NCBI GenBank assembly: GCA_030390025.1
Contig: JASTWF010000034.1
Span: forward strand, 5,208,001 to 5,272,000
Source of the DNA: Squalus acanthias
Lineage: Eukaryota
Reading direction: 5' to 3'
DNA: 64,000 bases
In this document: positions 52,031 through 63,293 of the stretch, one piece after another
Numbering within the stretch: the stretch's first letter is position 1
Layout of the letters: every line of letters starts with the position of its first letter
The notes under the pieces: generated by a model
The model's input: only the letters and a program-made list of their open reading frames with translations
Told to the model about the DNA's origin: nothing
Databases searched by the model: none
Program-made: the position numbers and the translations under genes

Positions 52031-54919
52031 TCACGTCCACTTCCCTGCCCGATCCCCATAACCCTTAATTCCCTTATCAGTTAGGAAACTGTCTATCTCT
52101 GTTTTAAATTTATTTAATGTCGTAGCTTCCACAGCTGTCTGAGGTATCAAATTCCATAGATTTACTACGCTCTGAGTGAAGAAGTTTCTCCTCATCTCAG
52201 TTTTGAAACGGCAGCCCCTTATTCTAAGATTATGCCCCCTAATTCTAGTCTCACCCAGCAGTGGAAACATCCTCCCCGCCTCCACCCGATCAATCCCTCT
52301 CACAATCTTGTATGTTTCGATAAGATCGCCCCTCATTCTTCTGAATTCCAATGAGTAGAGGCCCAACCTACTCAACCTTTCCTCATAAGTCAACCCCCTC
52401 ATCTCCGGAATCAACCGAGTGAACCTTCTCTGAACTGCCCGGAGAGCAAGTATATCTTTTCTTAAATATGGAAACCAAAACTGTACGCAGTATTCCAGGT
52501 GTAGCCTCACCAGTACCTTGTATAACTGAAGCAAGACCTCCCTGCTTTTATACTCCATCCGCCTTGGAATAAAAGCCAAGGTTCCTTCGGCCTTCCTGAT
52601 CGCCTGCTGTAGCTGCACAGTAACCTTCTGTGTTTCATGCACCAGGACCCCAAGGTCCCTTTGTACTGTAGCACATTGCAGTTTCTTTCCATTTAGATAA
52701 TAACTTGCTCTTTGATTTTTCTGCCAAAGTGCATAACCTCAGACTTTCCAACACTATATTCCAGCTGCCAAATTTCCGCACACTCACTTAGCCTGTCTAT
52801 GTCCTTTTTACATGATTTTTATGTCCTCCTCACTCACTGCTTTCCCTCCCATCTTTTTAACGTCAGCAAACTTGGATACGTTCCAGTCGGTCCCTCCTCC
52901 AAATCGTTAATATAGATTGTAAAACGTTGGGGTCCCAGCACTGACCCTTGCGGAAAACCACCAGTTACTGATTGCCAACCCGAGAATGAACCATTTATCC
53001 CAACTCTCTGTTTTCTGTTAGATAGCCAATCTTCCACCCATGCCAGTATATTACCCCCAATCCCGTGATTCTTTATCTTGTGCAGTAATCTTTTGTGTGG
53101 CACCTTATCAAATGCCTTTTGGAAGTCCAAATATACCACATCCACTGGTTCCCCTTTATCCACCCTGTTTGTTACGTCCTCAAAGAATTTGAGCAAATTT
53201 GTCAAGCATGATTTCCCCTTCATAAAACCATGCTGACTCTGTCCGATTAAGTTATACTTATCCAAATGTCCTGTTACTGCTTCCTTAATAATGGACTCCA
53301 ACATTTTACCAACCACAGATGTTAGGCTAACTGACTATAGTTCCCAGCCTTTTGTCTAACTCCCTTTTTAAATAAGGGCGTTAAATTAGCAGTTTTCCAC
53401 TCTGCCGGGACCTTTCCCGAATCCAGGGAGTTTTGGAAAATTGCCACGAAAGCATCCGCAATCCCTACCGCTGCTTCTGTCAAGACCCTAGGATGTAAGC
53501 CATCAGGTCCAGGGGATTTATCCGCCTTCAGTCCCATTATCTTACCGAGTACCATATCCTTAGTGATTTTAATCGTGTTTAGCACCTCCCCCTATAGCCG
53601 CTCGTTTGTCCAGTGTTGGGATATTTTTAGTATCCTTGACTGTAAAAACTGATACAAAATATTTGTTCAGCGTATTTGCCATCTCCGTGTTCCCCACTAC
53701 TAATTTCCCGGTCTCGTCCTCTGAGGGACCAACATTCACTTTAGCCACCCTTTTTCTTTTTATATAACTGTAGAAACTCTTGCTGTCTGTTTTTATATTT
53801 TTTGCTAGTTTACTTTCATAATCTATCTTCCCCTTCTTAATTAATCTTTTAGTTATTCTTTGCTGGCTTTTAAATGCTTCCGAATCTTCTATCCTCCCAC
53901 TAGATTTGGCTACTTTATATGCCCTTGTTTTCAGTCGGATACAAACTTTATTACTTTACTTAGCCACGGATGGCTGTCTTTTCTTTTACGCCCCTCTTTC
54001 CTCAGTGGAATATATTTTTCTTGATAGTTGTGAAATACCTCCTTGAAGGTACACCACTGCTCCTGTACCGTGTTACACCTTAATCTATTTTTCCAGTCCA
54101 CTTTAGTCAACTCTGCTCTCATACCTTCATGCTCTCCTTTATTTAAGCTTAGTACGCTGTTTTGAGATCCAACTCCCTCACCCTCCAAAGAATTTGGAAT
54201 TCAACCATGTTATGGTCACTCATTCCAAGGGAATCCTTTACGAGGACATTTTTTATTAATCCTGTCTCATTGCACAGGACCAGATCTAAGATTGCCTGCC
54301 CCCTGGTTGATTCAGTAATATACTGCTCAAGGAACCCGTCCCGAATGCACACTATGAACTCTTCCTCAAGGCTGCCGCTACCGAATTTGATTTGTCCAGT
54401 CAATATGAAAGTTAAAATCTCCCATGATTATAGCTGTTCCCTTATTACAAGCCCCAACTATTTCCTGATTTATACTCCGAACAATAGAGTTCCAAATGTT
54501 AGGAGGCCTATAGACTACGCCCATTAGTGACTTTTTCCCCTTATTATTCCTTATCTCCACCCAAACTGTTTCACTATCCTGATCCTTTGACCCAATATCA
54601 TTTCTCACTATTGCAGTGATTCCATCCTTTATTAACATAGCCAACCACGTCCTTTTCCTTCCTGTCTGTCCTTCCTAATAGTCAAATACCCCTGGATGTT
54701 TAGTTCCCAGTCATGGTCACCTCGCAGCCATGTTTCCGTAATGGCCACCAGATCATACCCATGTGTAGTTATTTGTACCGTCAACTCGTCTATTTTGTTA
54801 CGAATGATGCGTGCATTCAGATAAAGAATTTTTAAACATGTTTTGTGACAATTTATTCCTGCTTTTACCCCCTTTACTACTTTACCTTTATCTTTATATA
54901 TTCCGTCCCTTCCTGACAC
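52031..54919 (-). pseudogene. CR1 'E' ORF2 (APE endonuclease plus reverse transcriptase), fragmented
   Basis: At least 7 collinear ORF fragments in different frames covering the EN, linker, RT and C-terminal domains. Confidence 0.9.
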
Positions 54920-55014
54920 GCTCTGGTTTTTAATTTACCCACTGCTAATTTGCTCTATTGCCTTCTCTGCTGACATTTTTATTCTTCGCCCTTTTGAAAC
55001 CTCCTCCCCACTAA

Positions 55015-55971
55015 TTAGTTTAAAGCCCTCTCTACAGCCCTAGTTATTCGATTCGCCAGGACTCTAGTCCCAGCACTGGCCAAGTGAAGTCCGTCCCAAC
55101 GGAACAGCTCTCTCCTGTCCCAGTACTGGTGCCAGTGTCCCAAGAAGCAAAACCCATTTATCCCACACCAGTCTTTGAGCCACGCATTTAACTCTCTGAT
55201 TTTATTTACTCTAGCCAAATTTGCTCGTGGCTCAGGTAGTAATCCAAAGATTATTACCATTGTAGTTCTGCTAGTTAATTTGGCCCCTAGCTGCTCATAC
55301 TCCCTCAGCAGAACCTCTTTCCTTGTCCTATCTATGTCGTTGGTACCAACATGGACCACGACAACTGGATCCTCTTCCTCCCACTCCAAGTTTCTCTCCA
55401 GCCCAGAGTAGATGTCCTTAAACCTGGCACCGGGCAGGCAACACAACCTTCGGAACTCTTGCTCTCGGCTTCAAAGAACCCTATCTATCCCCCTTATGAT
55501 ACTATCCCCTACCACTACAACATTTCTTTTTACTCCCCCCACTTGAATGGCCCCCCGTTCCACGGTGCTGTGGCCAGGTTGCTCATCCTCCCTGCAGTCC
55601 CTGCTCCCGTCCTCTCAGGGAGTAAGAGCCTCGAACCTGTTGGAAAAGAGCAAGGGGTGTGGCTCCTCCAACACTACCTCCTGGATCCCCTTACCTGCCT
55701 CACTCATAGTCACACCCTCCTGTCCCTGGCCCCGGACGACATCTGAATTAGTTAATCTAATTGGTGTGACTACTTCCTGGAACACAGAGTCCAGGTAACT
55801 CTCCCCCTCCCTGATGTGTCGCAGTGTTTGAAGCTCGGACTCCAGCTCATCAACACGGAGCCGGAGTTCGTGGAGCAGCCAAAACTTACTGCAAATGTGA
55901 TCACCGTGTGCATCAATGGTGTCCACCAGCTCCCACATATTGCAGCAGTAACACATCACCTGTTCTCCCAT
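55015..55971 (-). pseudogene. CR1 'E' ORF1 (Cys-rich N-terminus, coiled coil, SGNH esterase), interrupted
   Basis: MGEQVMCYCCNMWE...LRLRVDELESEL and CCLPGAR...HVGTND...DGLHL, in the same frame and separated by a stop. Confidence 0.85.
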
Positions 55972-58900
55972 TCTATGTAATTAATTAAATTTATTATTTT
56001 TTAAATACCCTCTGCCCCGCCTGATGAATATCACACCTTAGAAACTATAAACCACAGAGTTTAAGTTTAAAATGAGAGAAATACTCACCAACCAATTACT
56101 TACCTGCTTTCTAGTGACGTCACACCTCGATTATTTTTTACCTCTCTCCCTCCCTCCCTCCGAGTTCGGAGACTGGTCCCGCCTTACCTGGTCTCTGGAG
56201 CCTTTTAAACCCTCTGCCTCCGCCTCGCCTCATGCAGGTCCGCCGCCGCACCAGGAAGCTGACAAAGATTGAAAAAGTGAGGAACACCTCCCTCCCCTCA
56301 CTCCCTCACTCACCAAACTCGCAGCTTCACACTCTGTTCCAATCTGCCTCCGTGACAAAGTACAATCTAGTAATAGGCCCTACTCGTTCCGTGGTTATCC
56401 TCTTGCCCTTAATATACTTATAAAACAGCTTGGGATTTTCCTTTCTTTTACCCGCCAGTGTTTTTTTTCATACCCCCTCTTCGCTTTCCTAATTTCTTTT
56501 TAAGTACCCCCGTGCACTTTCTATACTCCACTAGGCCTTCTACTGTTTTTACTCCTTTGTATCTGCCAAAAACCTCTCTTTTTTCCGAATCCATTCTTAT
56601 ATATCACTTGACATCCAGGGTTCCCTGGGCTTGATGGTCCAACCCTTGACCTTCACGGGAACATGTTGGCGTTATACTCTCTCTATTTACTTTGTGAAAG
56701 ACTCCCACTGCTCTGATGTGGATTTTCCTACAAGTAGCTGATCCCAGTCCACTTTGGCCGGATCCTGCTTTATCATATTAAAATCGGCCTTCCCCCAATT
56801 TAGAACCATTATTCCGGTCCATTTTTGTCCTTTTCCATGACTACCTTGAATCTCAACGAATTATGGTCACTGTCACCAAAATGCTCTCCTACTGACACTT
56901 CTACCATTTGCCCGGCTACATTCCCTAGAATTAGGTCCAGAACCGCCCCCTGTCTGGTAGGACTTTCTAAATGCTGGCTCAAAATGCTCTTCTGGATCCA
57001 CTTTAAGAATTCTGCACCCTCTAAGCCTTTCACACTCTCACTATCCCAGTTAATATTGGGGAAGTTGAAATCCCCTACTATTATTACCCTATTATTTCGA
57101 CACTTCTCTGAGATTTGCCTACATATCTGTTCCTCTATCTTCCACTGACTGTTTGCGGCCCTAGAGTACACTCCCAGCAAAGTGCTTGCTCACTTTTTGT
57201 TTTTAAGTTCTACCGATATGGCCTCCTTAGAGGAACCTACTGAGACATCATCCCTCGTTAAAGCAGTAATTGACTCCTTGATTAATAGTACGACACCCCC
57301 TCCTCTTTTACACCCTCCTCTGTCTCGCCTGAAGATTCCATACCCCGGAATATTGAGCTGCCTCTCCAGCCCCTCCCTCAACCATGTCTCTGTGATAGCA
57401 ACAATATCATACTCCCATGTTTTCATCAACACCTTCATTCATCTGCCTTATTTGCAAGACTCCTTGAATTAAAATAAATGCCACCAGCCATGCCATACGG
57501 CCTTGTGCCGTTACATGTTTGCGCTGACTTGTTTTTTCCTCTATATTTGGCTGTGCATCACCCCCTACTACAGCTCCACTCCGTATCCCATCTCCCTGCC
57601 AAGTTAGTTTAAACCCCACTCCCAACAGTCCGAGCAAACCTCCCCGCAAGGATGTTGGTCCCGTTCCGTTTCAGGTTCAACCCGTCCGACTTCTACAGGT
57701 CCCACCTTCCCCAGAAGCAGACCCAGTGATCCAGGAAACTAAAACCCTCCCTCCTGCACCAACGCTTTAGCCACGCATACATCTGCTCTCTCCTCCTATT
57801 CCTCTACTCATTAGCACGTGGCACCGGGAGTAATCCAGAGATTACAACCTTTGAGTCCTGCTTTTTAATCTGCTACCTAGCTCCCTAAATTCTTGTTGCA
57901 GGGCCTCATCCCTCTTTCAACCCATATCGTTGTAACCAATGTGAACCACGACCTCTGACTGTTCACCCTCCCGCTTCAGAATGCCGTGCAGCCGTTCAGT
58001 GACATCCTTGACCCTGGCACCAGGGAGGCAACATACCATCCTGGAGTCACGTCTGCGGCCACAGAAACATCTATCTGGTCCCATTACGTTAGAATACCCA
58101 ATCTCTATTGCTCTCCCAATCTTTTTCCTCCCCTCCTGTGCAGCTGAGCCACTCGTAGTGCCAATGACTTGGCTCTTGCTGCATTCCCCTGAGAAACCAT
58201 CTCCCCCATCAGTATCCAAAACGGAAAATCTGTTGGAGAGAGAGATGGACCCAGGGGACTCCTGCAGTACCATCCTAGTTCTTTTGCACTGTCTGGCGGT
58301 CACCCATTTCCTGTCTGCTCGTGCACTCTTTACCTGCGGTGTGACCACCTCGTTAAACGTGCTATCCACGAAGATCTCAGCTTCGCGGATGCTCCACAGT
58401 GACTCCAGTCGCAGCTCCAGCTCCGAAACGCGGTTTTCGAGTAGCTGCAGCTGGAAACACATCCTGAGCATGTGTTCGCCCTGGACACCGAAAGTGTCCC
58501 TGACTTCTCAAATAGCACAGGAGGAGCACTCCACGCTGCCGAGCTGCCCTGCCATGTCCTACCCTTAATTTACTTCCTTTAAATTAAAGAATTAGGAGAG
58601 CGAAGAGGGGGCATGAAATAACACTAGCGGGCAAAATAAAGGAAAATCCCAAGGTTTATTATAAGTATATTAAGGGCAAGAGGATAACCAGGAAAACAGT
58701 AGGGCCCATTAGGGACCGAAGTGGCAATCTGTGTTTAGAGCCAGAAGATGTAGGTGGGGTTTTAAATGAATATTTTGCATCTGTGTTCACTATGGAGAAG
58801 GACGTTTTAGGCATAGAAATCAGGCAGGGAGATTGTGATATACTTGAACAAATTTCTATTGAGAGGGAGGAGGTACTAGCGGTGTTAGCAGGCATAAACG

Positions 58901-59069
58901 TGAATAAATCCCCTGGCCCAGACGAGATGTATCCCAGGCTGCAGTGTGAGGCAAGGAAGCAGATTGCAGGAGCTCTGAAACAAATTTTCAGAACCTCTCT
59001 GGCCACAGGGGAGGTCAAAATTGAGAGGTCGCACAACACCAGGTTATAGTCCAACAGTTTTATTTGAAA

Positions 59070-59111
59070 TCACAAGCTTTCGGAGCTATCGATTGCTCCT
59101 TCCTCAGGTGA
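59070..59111 (-). ncRNA. Minimal type I hammerhead ribozyme motif in the Penelope 3' region (pseudo-LTR)
   Basis: Minus strand reads UCAC-CUGAGGA-A-GGAGC-aaucgaua-GCUCC-GAAA-GC-UU-GUGA: core CUGANGA/GAAA, 5-bp stem II, stem I UCAC/GUGA, palindromic AAGCUU at stem III. Followed by AATAAA (59064-59059). Confidence 0.75.
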
Positions 59112-59441
59112 AGTAAATTAGATACAGAATCGCCAAAGCATATATAGATAGAAAACAAAGCATGTGTACCTTACAATTGCAGACCACTAAATTAAATCAT
59201 CCTGACTATCTGCCGAGGTGTGATAAAGTTAATTAAGTCAGCCAGGAAGGTACCACATCAAAGACATAGCAAGATACAACTGAGACAATGAGGTGTTGTC
59301 GCAGGGGTTCTAACGTGTCATAAGCTGCCGTCTGTATGTAAAACGAAAAGCTTTAAAATTTTTACTTTTTTACTGGGAAAATTTTTACTTTTTTACTGGG
59401 AATCACATCTGTGAACAAGCTAACGACGACTCGAGTCCGGA

Positions 59442-61586
59442 TCACGTCATGTATCGTGACATAAACCCAAGATCCCGATTGAGACCGTCTTCATGAGTGC
59501 GGAACTTGGCTATCAGTTTCTGCTCGATGATTTTGCGTTGTCGTGTGTTTCTAAGGTTGCCTTGGAGAACGCTTACCCGCAGATCCGAGGCTGAATGTCC
59601 TTGACTGCTGAAGTGTTCCCCGACTGGGAGGTAACAATCCTGCCTGGCGATTGTTGCGCGGTGCTCGTTCATACGTTGTCTCAGTGTCTGCATGGTCTCG
59701 CCGATGTACCATGCCGCGGTGCATTCTTTCCTGCAACGTATGAGGTAGACAACGTTGGCCGAGTCACATGAGTATGTACCATGTACCTGGTGGGTAGTGT
59801 CCTCACGTGTGATGGTGGTATCTGTGTTGATGATCTGGCATGTCTTGCAGAGTTTGCCGTGGCAGGGTTGTGTGGTGTCGTGGTCGCTGTTATCCTGAAA
59901 GCTGGGTAATTTGCTGCGAACGATGGTACTTCTGAGGTTAGGCGGCTGTTTGAAGGCAAGTAGTGGAGGCGTGGGGATGGCCTTAGCGAGGTGTTTGTCG
60001 TCATCGATGACATGTTGAAGGCTGCGACGATTATGGCGTAGTTTCTCCGCTCCGGGGAAGTACTGGACGACGTAGGGTACACTGTTGGCTGTGTCCCGTG
60101 TTTGCCTTCTGAGGAGGTCTATGCGATTTTTCACTTTGGCCCGTCGGAACTGTCGATCGATGATTCGAGCGTCATATCCCGTTCTTACGAGGGCGTTTTT
60201 CAGCGTCCGTAGGTGTCCATCGCGTTCCTCCTCGTCTGAGCAGATCCTGTGTATTCGCAGGGCTTGTCCATAGGGGATGGCTTCTTTAACATGGTTAGGG
60301 TGGAAGCTGGAGAAGTGGAGCATCGTGAGGTTGTCCGTGGGCTTGCGGTAGAGTGAAGTGCTGAGGTGTCCGTCTTTGATGGAGATTCGTGTGTCCAGGA
60401 ATGAGACCGATTCTGAGGAGTAGTCCATGGTGAGTTTGATGGTGGGATGGAACTTGTTTATGTTATCGCGTAGTCTTTTCAGTGATCCTTCGCCATGGGT
60501 CCAAAGGAAGAAAATGTCGTCGATGTATCTGGTGTACAGCGTTGGCTGGACGTCCTGTGCAGCGAAGAAGTCTTGCTCGAACTTCTGCATGAAGATGTTG
60601 GCGTATTGGGGTGCGAATTTGGTCCCCATGGCTGTTCCGTGTGTTTGGGTAAAAAAATGGTTGTCGAAGGTGAAGACATTGTGGTCAAGGATGAAGCGGG
60701 TGAGTTGTAGGATGGCGTCTGGAGATTGGCTGTTGTTGATGTTGAGTACTGAGGCTGTTGCAGCGATGCCGTCATCGTGGGGGATACTGGTGTAGAGTGC
60801 CGATACGTCCATCGTGGCAAGGAGTGTTCCTGGTTCAACTGGTCCGTGGGTGCTGAGTTTCTGTAAGAAGTCTGTAGTGTCGCGACAGAAGCTGGGGGTT
60901 CCCTGTACGATGGGTTTCAGAATGCCCTCGACGTATCCAGAGAGGTTCTCACACAGGGTTCCATTGCCTGATACGATAGGACGTCCGGGTGTGTTGGCTT
61001 TGTGTATCTTTGGGAGGCAGTAGAAGTCTCCCACGCGGGGAGTACGTGGGATGAGAGCGCGTAGGATGTTTTGAAGGTCTGGATCGAAGGTCTTGATCAG
61101 TCTATTGAGTTGGCGGATGTGTTCTTTGGTCGGATCTGCGGGTAGCTGTCTGTAGTGTTCCTGGTTGTCCAGTTGTCGGTATGCTTCTTTACAATAGTCC
61201 GTTCTGTTCTGTATGACGATGGCTCCTCCTTTGTCCGCTGGTTTGATGACAATGTTGCGGTTGGTCTTGAGAGCGTGGATGGCGTTGCGTTGTGCTCGGG
61301 TGACATTCTGGACTGTCTTGTGAGTGCGGCTGATGAATCTGGCGTTGATGCATCTCCTGACAGCTTGAGCATACATGTCAAGCTTGGGACAGCGACCTTC
61401 CGGAGGGGTCCAGTTTGACTCTTTTTTCTTCGGTTGCTGCACTACGAGTCCCTCTGTCTGCTGTTCTGGATCATTGACTGTCTCATTGGGTTTGTTGCTG
61501 ACATCTTGGGATTTGTGGAAGTATTCCCGGAGCCTCATTCTCCTGATGAATTCCTCCGTGTCTGCCGCGAGACCGATGGGGTCCAT
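59442..61586 (-). CDS. Penelope-like RT plus GIY-YIG endonuclease polyprotein (714 aa uninterrupted; N-terminus truncated)
   Basis: PLE motifs IKPADKGGAIV, YCLPKIHK..PGRPIVS, DVSALYTSIP, GTAMG, RYIDD, FLD; Cys linker PCHGKLCKTC; GIY-YIG NVVYLIRC...WYIGET...RMNEH. The frame stays open upstream to the junction (GLKFCPTTK-M). Confidence 0.95.
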   Translation of the reverse strand: MDPIGLAADTEEFIRRMRLREYFHKSQDVSNKPNETVNDPEQQTEGLVVQQPKKKESNWTPPEGRCPKLDMYAQAVRRCINARFISRTHKTVQNVTRAQRNAIHALKTNRNIVIKPADKGGAIVIQNRTDYCKEAYRQLDNQEHYRQLPADPTKEHIRQLNRLIKTFDPDLQNILRALIPRTPRVGDFYCLPKIHKANTPGRPIVSGNGTLCENLSGYVEGILKPIVQGTPSFCRDTTDFLQKLSTHGPVEPGTLLATMDVSALYTSIPHDDGIAATASVLNINNSQSPDAILQLTRFILDHNVFTFDNHFFTQTHGTAMGTKFAPQYANIFMQKFEQDFFAAQDVQPTLYTRYIDDIFFLWTHGEGSLKRLRDNINKFHPTIKLTMDYSSESVSFLDTRISIKDGHLSTSLYRKPTDNLTMLHFSSFHPNHVKEAIPYGQALRIHRICSDEEERDGHLRTLKNALVRTGYDARIIDRQFRRAKVKNRIDLLRRQTRDTANSVPYVVQYFPGAEKLRHNRRSLQHVIDDDKHLAKAIPTPPLLAFKQPPNLRSTIVRSKLPSFQDNSDHDTTQPCHGKLCKTCQIINTDTTITREDTTHQVHGTYSCDSANVVYLIRCRKECTAAWYIGETMQTLRQRMNEHRATIARQDCYLPVGEHFSSQGHSASDLRVSVLQGNLRNTRQRKIIEQKLIAKFRTHEDGLNRDLGFMSRYMT

Positions 61587-63293
61587 TTTGGTGGTTGGGC
61601 AGAACTTGAGCCCAACACAGGGGAGGTGCCAGAGGACTGGAGAACAGCTAAAGTAGTACCAATATTCAAGAATGGTAGTAGGGTTAAACCAGAGAATTGC
61701 AGGCCAGTGAGCCTAACATCAGTGGTAGGGAAATTATTGGAAAAAATTCTGAGGGACAGAATTAGTCTCCACTTGGAGAGGCAAGGATCAATCAAGGATA
61801 GTCAGCATGGCTTTGTCAGGGGGAGATCATGTCTGACTAATTTGATTGCATTTTTTGAGGGGGTTGACTAGGTGTGTGGATGAGTGTAGTGCAGTTGATG
61901 TGGCCTACATGGACTTCAGTAAGGCTTTTGACAAAGTCCCGCATGGAAGACTGGTCAAGAAGATAAAAGCCCATGGGATCCTGGGCAACTTGGCACATTG
62001 GATTCAAAATTGGCTTAGTGGCAGGAGGCAGAGGGTGATGGTCGAAGGTTGTTTTTGTGACTGGAAGCCTGTGTCCAGTGCTGTACTGCAGGGATCGGTG
62101 CTGGGTGCTTTGCTGTTTGTAGTGTACATTACTGATTTAGATATGAATGTAGGAGGTATGATCAGTAAGTTTGCAGATGACACGAAAGTTTGTGGGGTGG
62201 TAAATAGCGAGGAGGGAAGCCTCAGGCTACAGGACGATATAGACGGGTTGGTTAGATGGGCAGAAGAGTGGCAAATGGAATTTAATCTTGAAAAGTGTGA
62301 GGTGATGCATTTTGAGAGGACTAACAAGGCAAGGGAATAAACAATGAATGGTAAGACCCGAGGAAGGACAGAGGATCAGAGGGACCTTGGTGTGCATGTA
62401 CATAGATACCTGAAGGCAGCAGGACAGGCAGATAAGGTGGTTAAAAATGCATATTGGATACTTGCCTTCATTAGCCGAGGCATAGCATATAAGAGCAGGG
62501 AGGTTATGATGGAGCTGTACAAAATGCTAGTTAGGCCACAGCTGGAATACTGTGTGCATTTCTGGTCGCCACACTATAGGACGGATATGATTGCATTAGC
62601 GGGGGTGCAGAGGAGATTCACCAGGATGTTATCTGGGCTGCAGCGTTTCAGGTATGAAGAGAGACTGGACAGGCTGGGGTATTTTTCCTTCGAGCAGAGA
62701 CGGCCGAGGGGTGACCTGATTGAGGTGTACAAAAATATGAGGGGCATAGATAGGGTACCTAGAAAGGAACTTTTCCCCATAGTAGAAGTGTCAATAACCA
62801 GGGGGCATAGTTTCAAGCTAAGGGGCAGGCGGTATAGAGGGGATTTGAGGAAAAACCTTTTCACCCAGAGGGTGGTTGGAATCTGGAACTCACTGCCTGA
62901 AAGGGGGGTAGAGGCAGGAATCTTCACAGCATTCAAGAAGCATTTAGATGAGCACTTGAAACGCCTTTGCATACAAGGCTGTGGATCAAGTGCTGGAAAA
63001 TGGGATTAATATAGACAGGGCTTGATGGCCGGCGCGGACACGATGGGCCGAAGGGCCTCTTTCTGTGCTGTATAACTCTATGACTCTATTACTTCCATAT
63101 AAACACTACTTACTCTAAACTAGAGACCTTACTTTTAATTTAACGACTGGTCTGTAGAAATATTCACCAGGTCCTGCAAGCTGACAAAGATAGAAAAAGA
63201 AAGGAACACCTCCCTCCCCGAACTCCCTCACTCACCATAATCGCAGTTTCACATTCTGTTCCAAGCTACACTCCGTGACAAACTGCACTCTAG

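Larger units (their letters stand above)
51936..56370 (-). mobile_element. Full-length CR1 'E' (~4.4 kb; 5' UTR, ORF1 zinc-finger/coiled-coil/SGNH esterase, ORF2 APE+RT), disabled by frameshifts
   Basis: Flanked by a TAATA direct repeat (51931-51935, 56371-56375) where host D is contiguous. ORF1 pieces are 55615..55971 and 55015..55446 (VVVVHVGTNDI, WDGLHL). ORF2 pieces span 54919 to 52031 (YLNAR, AITETWL, MGDFN, QHGF, PQGSVLGP). AGAACATA tail. Confidence 0.93.
59016..61615 (-). mobile_element. Penelope-like retroelement (Neptune-type), 5'-truncated, 2.6 kb, with 12-bp TSD
   Basis: Perfect direct repeat CACAGGGGAGGT at 59004-59015 and 61616-61627 interrupts CR1 F (TGEV|PEDWR). Contains the RT+GIY-YIG ORF and a 3' hammerhead motif. 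Confidence 0.95.
58586..63089 (+). mobile_element. 5'-truncated CR1 'F', same family as D, inserted in D's 5' UTR in opposite orientation, split by the Penelope element
   Basis: ORFs 58783..59049, 61846..62340 and 62344..63009 are near-identical in protein to D's ORFs. Tail ctctatgactctat at ~63075-63089. TTACTTCC flanks both sides (58570, 63089). Confidence 0.9.
50161..63293 (-). mobile_element. Full-length CR1 'D' (segments 50161-51935, 56371-~58583, ~63089-63293), disabled, split by CR1 'E' and CR1 'F'
   Basis: 3' tail catagagtcat at 50161; RT ORF 50234..51412; APE ORFs 56809..57180 and 57190..57438 (DIVAITETWL, VGDFN, SDHN). ORF1 starts at ATG 58555 (CxxC, early TGA) and includes 57917..58471 (coiled coil, esterase-like VVVHIGxND). 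The 5' UTR at 63170-63293 is homologous to the 5' end of element E. Confidence 0.85.

Noticed and set aside
50286..62972. Many antisense ORFs over LINE and Penelope sequence (e.g. 50913..51350, 57981..58568, 60427..60795, 62574..62972)
   Set aside because: Shadow frames of RT/ORF1 coding sequence with no independent domain signal.
50161..63293. Active autonomous CR1, or an LTR/DNA transposon defined by the long inverted arms
   Set aside because: All CR1 ORFs have stops or frameshifts. The inverted arms are two independent same-family LINE insertions, not terminal repeats.
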